DNA of 64,000 nt. It comes from Diplonema japonicum (taxonomy: Eukaryota; Protista; Euglenozoa: Diplonemea). Where the stretch lies: NCBI GenBank assembly GCA_964019335.1, contig OZ025738.1:1-64000 (forward strand). The letters are read 5' to 3'. The notes beneath the pieces were generated by a model. It saw only the letters and a list, made by a program, of their open reading frames with translations. It was not told where the DNA came from and made no database searches. This document shows, piece by piece, positions 56,218 to 64,000 of this stretch (its first letter is position 1; each line of letters begins with the position of its first letter). Both the position numbers and the translations under genes were made by a program.

Positions 56218-56934
56218 CTTTTTCTTGATTTTCTCTCTTTTTTATTGTTCTATTTTGATGGGGGGAGGTGGGGGGGGAAAAAAAAACCTGTGTGTGATGA
56301 TGAATTATTTATAAGAAACCTAAAAAAAAAAAAAAAAGAGGAAAAGGTGGAGGGAGGTAGAAATATATATAATGCATGTAAGAAAAAAAAAACACATGTC
56401 AGGTTTTTGCCAAACGGAAATGAAAAAGAAAAAAAGAAAAAAAAGCACTCAGTTTACATGACGTCATGTGGAAGAACTGCCTTGCCATTTTAATTCTCAT
56501 TTCTCATTTTCATATCCTCGTCTTCGTTATTCTTCATCATCAAAGCAACACCCCACGGGTAGGGCTTGTAAGGAGAAAAGAAAATGAAAAAGAAAGCCCC
56601 CCTCGGCACACCACGAATCGTGAGGTGCCGAAGTTGGGCTTTTTCCTTTTTCTTTTCTTTCCCCCTTTGCTTTTTAAAAAAAATGAATAGAATCTGGAAG
56701 TATAAAAAAAAAAGAAAAAGATTGAAGCGAAAGTCTTTCAGCTAGGAGAAGAAAAATGGGGAAAGCCTTTTTAATTTCGTAGCAGGCTCCCTGTAAGCTC
56801 GCGCCTGACCCGGCGAGAAAAATGGTAGAAAAAAAAAGGGGGGAAAAAAAAATAAGAAGCGGAAATAGGTAAGTAAAAAAAAAAACTTTTTTTATCGCGC
56901 TTCACTTTACTTAGGTAGGACAACCTCTTAACAC

Positions 56935-57468
56935 TTATACCTGATCTGCCTCAACCGGGGGGCAAACGGGAACCTCTTTCACAGGAGCCTCGCCAGCGTA
57001 ACCGGGCTGGACCTGAGCAGGCTGTGGCTGCTGCTCTTGCTCGTGAACGACGCTGGGGCGGCAGCAACAGAAGCCGGGGGTCATGGAGTGGTGGGAGGCC
57101 TCTCTGTGGACCTGGCAGAGGACACAAGACGAGCACCAGAATGAGGCACAGCAGTCGCACACCACGGTACCCTCGATCCCGTACTTCTTCCTCGCCTTGT
57201 CACGCACTGCCCATGCGAACACGAACAAGGGGAGGCTCCCTATGATGGAGCCGTAGGACAGCAGGCCGCAGAGCACCATCCCACAGGACACAGGGATGTT
57301 CTTGGTGGAGGCATGGTCCTGGCACACCGCCTCGTAGTAGTTCCCTGTCATGCAGTACCCGCACCAGAATGTGTCACAGCAGAGCCCCATGTCCTGGAAG
57401 CACCCGCACAGGTCTGCCTCCCAAGTCTTGCCCATCGTGGCGGCAGGGGTTTCAGGTGTGGTAGACAT
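56935..57468 (-). CDS. PLAC8 family Cys-rich protein
   Basis: W..DLCGCFQD..CC, R.KYGIEG..DCC..WC..C.LCQ.HRE. Confidence 0.92.
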   Translation of the reverse strand: MSTTPETPAATMGKTWEADLCGCFQDMGLCCDTFWCGYCMTGNYYEAVCQDHASTKNIPVSCGMVLCGLLSYGSIIGSLPLFVFAWAVRDKARKKYGIEGTVVCDCCASFWCSSCVLCQVHREASHHSMTPGFCCCRPSVVHEQEQQPQPAQVQPGYAGEAPVKEVPVCPPVEADQV

Positions 57469-58766
57469 TTATCTTTCTTTTTTCTTTTTTTCTTTTTTTG
57501 CGTTCGTGAAGAAATCTGTGAAAAACTTTAAAAAAAAAAAAAAATCCACCTTATGATAGCCGGTAACCTTCTCGCAGTCCTTCAAGCCAACGCACGTCGT
57601 CACCGGCCAATGGATCGTGATCTCGCCTTCTTGCATGACTGAGCTAGACAAGCGCGCCTCTCTGTTCCTCAGCCATGTCGCTTGCAAAAAGAAAAAGCTA
57701 TGTTCGTCGCCCCTCATTCCTCCTCAAGGACGCTATGGCACAATGCTTGTCGCATAAATCAAAAAAGAACAAAATAATAATAAAGAAGAAGAGAGAGAAG
57801 GAAAAAAAAAAAAAAAAAAGAAAACAGCGTATTTAATTAAGGACAAAGAAGAGGAAGAAAAAATCAAAAAAAAAAAAGAATAGAGCGAACGGGAATAGCT
57901 AGAATGGTGCCGAATAAAAATAAGGGCATAAAAGAAATATATATTGACCCCCTAGACGCCTAGCTGCCTATTTCAAGGTATATAATAAAGGAAGTAGCAG
58001 CTTTTTCTTTTTTTTTCTTCTTCCTTTTCGCAAAAAAGTACCTTTCGACGGCTGGCGTTTACGGGTTTTAAAAAAAAAAGAGGAACTGGCCGTTGTTTGT
58101 ACGTGCCGGGTAAAAAAAGACTGTATAAGGCTTAAAAAAAAAAAGAAAACTGTCATGTCGCGTTTTGGGTGTACTGCCTTAGGGCCTCCACTCCAAATAT
58201 AAAAAAAAAATGAAATCTTGATAAAGTGGGTGCTCACCGTAAAAAAAGAACAAGTGCCCTTTTTACCTTCTTTTTCTTATCTTCCGAGTGCAAGGGGGGG
58301 AAAAAAAAAGAAGAAAAAATATGGGGGATTAAAAAAAAAAGGAGAAGAATAAACAACGAAAGAGCAGAGCAAACAACTGCGTAAAGGGAGAGAGGTATAT
58401 CAAAAAAAAAAAAAGAAAAAAAAAAAAGAAAATTGTCATACTGTAAAGTGAACGAAAAGCTCCCATAGGCCTTAGTGGGCCACGCTGTATCTTGCAATGC
58501 TTCTCTGGCGCCGAAAAAAACTCAAGATATTCTGTCGGTCCAGCACCTTTCTTTTTCACAATCACAGTATTCTCTTTTTTTTCTTTTTTTTCCTTTCTGC
58601 TCGTCTCAACGTTTCTATATTCTTCTCTTTTTCCCGCTTCTCCCCCTTTTTTTTTTTCATTTTTCCTTTTTTTTTTTCTCTTCTTTCCTTCCTGCCCCCG
58701 TAAAGAATAAAAAAAAAAAAATATATAAAAAAGCCCTCAGCATACTTATGTCCAACCCATTTCCTT

Positions 58767-59336
58767 TCAAAGCTGAGGTGGGGCTGACGGCGGAGGGTAC
58801 TGGGGCTCAGCCTTCTGAATATGCGTTACAGGGGTTCCCACCACATAACTTGGCTGCACCGCCTGCTCTGAAGTCTGGACCAGAACCTGCACACGCTGCT
58901 GCTTGTCGACGGCGCTGGGGCGGCAGCAACAGAAGCCGGGGGTCATGGAGTGGTGGGAGGCCTCTCTGTGGACCTGGCAGAGGACACAAGACGAGCACCA
59001 GAATGAAGCACAGCAGTCGCACACCACGGTACCCTCGATTCCGTACTTCTTCCTCGCCTTGTCACGCACTGCCCATGCGAACACGAACAAGGGGAGGCTC
59101 CCTATTAACCCAAGTGTTGCGTACCCAACCGACCCCAGCAGGCACATCCCACAGGACACAGGGATGTTCTTGGTGGAGGCATGGTCCTGGCACACCGCCT
59201 CGTAGTAGTTCCCTGTCATGCAGTACCCGCACCACAGGGTGTCGCAGCAGAGCCCCATGTCCTGGAAGCACCCGCATAGGTCTGCCTCCCAGGCCTTGCC
59301 CATCGTGGCGGCAGGGGCTTCAGGTGTGGTAGTCAT
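58767..59336 (-). CDS. PLAC8 family Cys-rich protein
   Basis: Near-identical paralogue of 56935..57468. Confidence 0.92.
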   Translation of the reverse strand: MTTTPEAPAATMGKAWEADLCGCFQDMGLCCDTLWCGYCMTGNYYEAVCQDHASTKNIPVSCGMCLLGSVGYATLGLIGSLPLFVFAWAVRDKARKKYGIEGTVVCDCCASFWCSSCVLCQVHREASHHSMTPGFCCCRPSAVDKQQRVQVLVQTSEQAVQPSYVVGTPVTHIQKAEPQYPPPSAPPQL

Positions 59337-59608
59337 TTCTTTCTTTTTTTTTTTCTTTTAACCTTTCAAGATCGAGGAAAAGAAAAAAAAAAAAGAAAAA
59401 CAAAAAAAAGGGGGGGGGGAGTCGCTGCCTCTTAGCAAAGACAAGCGCAAAAAAAAAAAAAAAAAATTCACTATGATAGGAACGAAGTGGTTAGCAACGG
59501 CCCGCCGTGGTGGCTGAAATGGTTTTAAGTTAGAATAGAGAAGTGGCGTGCCTACCTTATGATGCTCCCCTTTTTGGGGTCGTTCCCTGCTACCCACTGT
59601 AGTGCCTT

Positions 59609-59654
<46 letters not shown>

Positions 59655-60252
59655 AAGAAAATATCTTTTAACAAGAGAAAAAGAAGTAAGAGAGAGAGGG
59701 AGGGAGAAGTAGTAACAATAACCTTTAAAAAAAGCTTGGAAGAAAGGGAATATTGAGTGGAAAAAAGCGTAAAAAAGAGGAGACATTCGTTAGTTTGTAG
59801 GTGCTGAGGTGCGCTGTGGGGGAGAATCACGGAGAAAGCTCCTTACTACTCACAAGCACGCTGAACGTTCCTTTTTGCAAAAAAAGTAAATAAATAAAAA
59901 CCTTTTAGGACGGAGGCAGCTTTTCCTTCTTTTCCTTCTCTCCTCTCTTTCTTTCTTTTTATAAAAAGAGAAAGGTATCAAGAATCATGATCCACAACTA
60001 CGCAAAAATTGGTTGAGCAAGCTACAGCAGGCATAACAGACAAGCTGCCTGCTTTTCTTGTTTGCAACAACAATTATTTGAATGTTTTGTTTACCTGACA
60101 GGAAATATCATGGGAAAAAAAAAAAGAAAAAAAAAGCTCTCCTCGTGAGCAAAAAAAGAAATTGTCATCTGTATGAAAAAAAAAAAAAAAAAAAAAAAAC
60201 GTGCTGCTCTCATTATTGGGAACTCGACGATTTTTCTCGGCCAGCCTTGTTA

Positions 60253-60753
60253 TCATTTCGGCATCGGTGGGGCTGTCCCTTGTTCGGCAGGTGGGAGTGG
60301 AACGGCGTAACCTGGCTGAACAGCAACCTGTTCCTGCTTAGGGAGAATGCTAGGCCGGCAGCAACAAAAACCAGCAGGAACGGCATGATGAGAGACCTCT
60401 CTGTGGATCTGGCACAGGACGCATGGCGAGCACCACAGAGAAGCACAACAGTCCCGTAGACTCGACCCCTGGATGCCGTACTTCTCCCGTGTCTTGCGCC
60501 GCATGGCAAATGCAAAAATGCACAATGGAATGCCCACCACTAAGGTCCCGCTGGCGCAGATCCCCGTGACCACCATCCCACAGGACACAGGGATGTTCTT
60601 CGACTCAGGATGGTCCAAGCACACCGCCTCGTAGTAGTTCCCTGTCATGCAGTACCCGCACCAGAATGTGTCGCAGCAGAGCCCCATGTCCTGGAAGCAC
60701 CCGCACAGGCCTGCCTCCCAGTCCCTGTCTTCAAAAGGGTAATTCGTGGCCAT
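60253..60753 (-). CDS. PLAC8 family Cys-rich protein
   Basis: Third, more diverged paralogue. Confidence 0.92.
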   Translation of the reverse strand: MATNYPFEDRDWEAGLCGCFQDMGLCCDTFWCGYCMTGNYYEAVCLDHPESKNIPVSCGMVVTGICASGTLVVGIPLCIFAFAMRRKTREKYGIQGSSLRDCCASLWCSPCVLCQIHREVSHHAVPAGFCCCRPSILPKQEQVAVQPGYAVPLPPAEQGTAPPMPK

Positions 60754-61032
60754 ATTGTTCCTTTCTTTTACCTTTTGTTAATACCTAGATGTATAGTTGA
60801 ATCACAGAGGGAAGAAACGCCCGGAGCTCGTTCGGGAGCCCAGGCTCTGCGATGTAGAATGTAAATGCTAAAATCCTTTTCGTTGTCTCCTGCTAATCCT
60901 CCATGCCATGAAAGAGACCCTCGTCGTTGCTGTCATGAAACTCTGAACACAATCGAAGGGGGGAAAAAGAAAATGCAAAAAACATGCATGGAGGACCTGG
61001 AGGACCTCACTCAAGGCTCTGAGTGCTAATGA

Positions 61033-62286
61033 TTACCACTGTTCGAGAGATCCAGTAATACACCCCCAAATCATTTCAACAACAGGAAGCCTGCTGACAT
61101 CGCTCAGCTCCCCTCTTTCGAACAGCTCCAGGTCCTGAGCGAGACCCGGGTCCTGTAAGAGGCTTCGCATAGCACTGAAGTACCTATCACTAGAGCGGAC
61201 AAGATCGAGAGCCGTCTTCCCTTCATCGTTCGCTGCCGTCACATCTGCATTGTGCCGTAGTAGAACAGGCAACACCCAGACCTGACCCTTTCGAACAGTA
61301 TGGTGCAGACATGTGTTCCCTTTGTTGTCTCTTGCATTCACATCAGCACCGTGTTCAAGAAGTGCTTCCACTCCTGTTATATTAGTAAAAAGAGGTGTCG
61401 CTCCCTCGTCGTCTTGTGCCTCGATGTCCGCCTTGTGTTCAAGAAGCAGGCGTACCATAGAGGAGTCGACATAACGGCCATGAAGAGCCGTCCTTCCGTT
61501 CCTGTCCCTCGCATCCACATCTGCGTCGTGTTTCAGAAGTACGGGAAGTATGCCCCTCCGAAGAATCGCATTAACGGCACCGTGAAGGACAGGTGTCCCG
61601 TGACCGTCTTTTGCGTTGACATCTGCGTTGTGTTTCAAGAGAACAGCCGCCACCTCCTCCACAGTGGCATGGTGAAGTGCTGTGCACCTAACGTCCATCA
61701 ACCGTCTGGACACTTCTGAATTCACGTTCACAGAAGTGCGAATCAAGAGGACTTCTATACAAGAAGGAAGACTGTGCCTGACCGCCATGTGAAGGGCCTC
61801 CTCCTCCCTACCACTCACCCCAGCATCTAGGAGAAGGCTCACAATATGGCCAACGTTCTCATCTACTGTTGAGTTCAAGCAATCAGTCTCCTCCTCCAGT
61901 GGTCCTAAGAAAGTAGTATTCCTGCACCTTGGGAGCTCACTGTCTAATATCGCGAACAGATCATCACCTCTTCCCTTCACACTGATCCCCATCTTAGAAA
62001 GTTTCAACAGAGCAGCCTGCTTCTTGCACACCACCACCTCAAGCATGCTCCCATCCTCAAAAGGAAGATCTCCGACGAGCTTCCCACCGCCGTCGTCATC
62101 AGCAGTCGCCACCACCTCCCCATCGAAGGTGAGGGTGAAGCTGTCCACATCCAACCCTCCCATCGATGCGATCCTCTCCTTCACCTTCTTCATCTCCTCC
62201 GAAGCCTCTGCCTCAATGCTGATGGTCTCAGAGGTGGGGAACCTCGCCTGCAGCGTCACTGCCGATGGTCCCTCGCTTTCCTTCAT
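61033..62286 (-). CDS. Ubiquitin-like + ankyrin repeat protein
   Basis: LQARFPTSETISIE..FDGE..LPFEDGSMLEV; several ADVNA.D..G.T.LH repeats; start MKESEG inferred. Confidence 0.87.
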   Translation of the reverse strand: MKESEGPSAVTLQARFPTSETISIEAEASEEMKKVKERIASMGGLDVDSFTLTFDGEVVATADDDGGGKLVGDLPFEDGSMLEVVVCKKQAALLKLSKMGISVKGRGDDLFAILDSELPRCRNTTFLGPLEEETDCLNSTVDENVGHIVSLLLDAGVSGREEEALHMAVRHSLPSCIEVLLIRTSVNVNSEVSRRLMDVRCTALHHATVEEVAAVLLKHNADVNAKDGHGTPVLHGAVNAILRRGILPVLLKHDADVDARDRNGRTALHGRYVDSSMVRLLLEHKADIEAQDDEGATPLFTNITGVEALLEHGADVNARDNKGNTCLHHTVRKGQVWVLPVLLRHNADVTAANDEGKTALDLVRSSDRYFSAMRSLLQDPGLAQDLELFERGELSDVSRLPVVEMIWGCITGSLEQW

Positions 62287-64000
62287 GGCCCCACTTCTTT
62301 TCTTTTTCTTTTGCAATCCTGTGGTAATGAAAGTTCGATGTTCGTTCGTAATCTGTGTTGAAGGTTTCAGTGTGCATGGGGGGTGCTCACTGTTCAGTTC
62401 CGCGGCTGCTGTCTGGTGCCTGCGGTGGCTGTTTGTCGCGACGAGATGGACGGCATCTGGGCGAGAAACATTACATGGAGTTGTGCAAGGTAGGGGGGCT
62501 GTTTGGTTCGAGGAGAAGGAGTGGTCTCCTGTCGTAGCCATGTGCCGTCGGGCAGGGAGATGGCGGACTCCTTGTCACCACGCAGCACGTTGCCGTTCGT
62601 CAAACACCCCAACCACAACATCTAATATGTAGACACCAACCGGGTCCATATCGGCAGGCATAAACTGCATAAAGCCCCTATCAAGAGTGTACCATGCTTG
62701 GTCTATGAACAGCCCACCCACACGATGCACTTCTGCTTCCCGACACATGGTCCCTGCTATGCTCAGTCTCGTGATGGTCTGCATGTCTAGCGCAATCACC
62801 CTTACATACGGATCGTATCCACGAAGAAGGTTGTCCGAGCTTATCTAACCCTCAGTGTCCTTTGTAACGATCCATCTGACCAGTGGCCCCGCGAGGTAAA
62901 GTAAAAAGAATAAGAGGGAAGGAGGGAAGGGGGGAGGAGGAAGACATTCTTTTCTTTCAGTAAGAAGTTTTTTCTTCTTCTCCTTTTTAAGGAACGTTGG
63001 TTCTTAAAAAAAAGGGGGGGGGGGCGGGGGGGAGAGAGAAAATCCTTCGTTCGCTTGCGAACTAAACCTAAATAAAACGATAAGATTATAAATGGCGGCC
63101 TGTTTTAGGCATCCATCTCCAAAAAAAAAAAAACGTTGGTTAAAAATACATAAATAAATAGAAAAGAAACTCTTATAGCCCATCTTCTTTCTTTGTTTCT
63201 CCGGTCTTCTTAGGGCAGGAAATCTTTTTCTGGGTACCTCGCATAAGCAGTTCGCGACATATCAACATCCCAAGAGCCCAAAAGGTACCAAGTGCCCTTG
63301 GAACCGAGAGTATTACAACTAGTTCTCCTACGCACGGATTCTTAGACAAGCAAAAAAAGAAAAAAAAAAAACCCTTGTACATAAAAATCAACTAACAGGC
63401 GCTGGAGTCTTTGTTTTAGAAATAGAGAAAAAAAGAATATAAAAAAAAAAACATAGTGCAGTATTACGGTATGTTGAAAAAAAAAGAACCTTTGGGGAAA
63501 ATACTGAAACGGGTCCAGAAAATGCAACTTAACCATCTATCAACGAGCGTCTATATATAGACGATTTGAAAAAAATCTTTTACGCAAAGGGCTTTCAATG
63601 CAATACGGCCCGGCCCTTTCTTGCCGGCGGGGTCCTGCGCGGAAAATATGAAAAAAATAAACTAAATGCTGCCCTAACTTAACAAGAAAATGAAAAAATG
63701 AAAAAAAACGCCAGCCCAAATTTACCCTTAAAAATCACTTCAAAAAAAAGCGCCCGGAAAGAGGCTGGAAGAGGACGTTATGAGTGATGGCAGCACTGAT
63801 GGCTCATCCCTATTATGCAATTTTGATACAAACAGTGATTCTGATACGAATTCGACCGATTCCGAGTCACAGCAGGGTGATTGGACGGCAAAGCCGGAGC
63901 AGTTGGAAGGCATCCGGTTTCGTGAAGATCGAAATCCTTGTGGACCCTGTTTTGACATCAAAGGCTCAATGCCATACCATATATTCTCCAAATGCTCGTC

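Noticed and set aside
59470-59610. HDV-like ribozyme (GCTAA followed by CCACT)
   Set aside because: Could not build P1/P3/L3 pairings
62400-64000. Small minus-strand ORFs 62575..62799 and 63740..63991
   Set aside because: No recognisable motifs; the last may be the tail of a gene outside the window but cannot be supported

Overview
Eukaryotic, euglenozoan (most likely diplonemid) nuclear DNA. Every supportable gene and every recognisable retroelement lies on the minus strand, consistent with a polycistronic unit. Two genomic copies of a diplonemid-type spliced leader (SL) exon (..AACGATTCTAAAGCTACAGTTTCTGTACTTTATTG) are present. The most unusual region is 1-7108. It holds an SL-headed CRE/SLACS-like non-LTR retrotransposon whose first ORF encodes an AlkB-family 2OG-Fe(II) dioxygenase with intact motifs, followed by a C2H2 zinc finger and a reverse transcriptase (RT). 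Next to it is a second, diverged AlkB-element fragment fused to a retroposed, SL-capped, 3'-truncated host mRNA for an NDP-rhamnose epimerase/reductase. The block ends in a (TTTGCGGG)n array. The rest of the window contains a ubiquitin-like+LRR gene array, an ADP-ribosyltransferase-ankyrin gene, UBL-ankyrin genes, an SFT2 gene, a WW-domain gene, a bestrophin-like gene, a Dispatched-like RND transporter, receptor adenylate cyclases, a POT transporter, a GH79 hydrolase, a vWA protein, a fatty acyl-CoA reductase with a hidden PTS1 exon, three PLAC8 genes, a damaged 5S rRNA copy heading a LINE remnant, several LINE fragments and microsatellites. Several genes carry 39-47 nt introns that the ORF track misses; most lack a polypyrimidine tract and two are strongly A-rich. 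All family calls come from motif recognition by eye; no searches were run.
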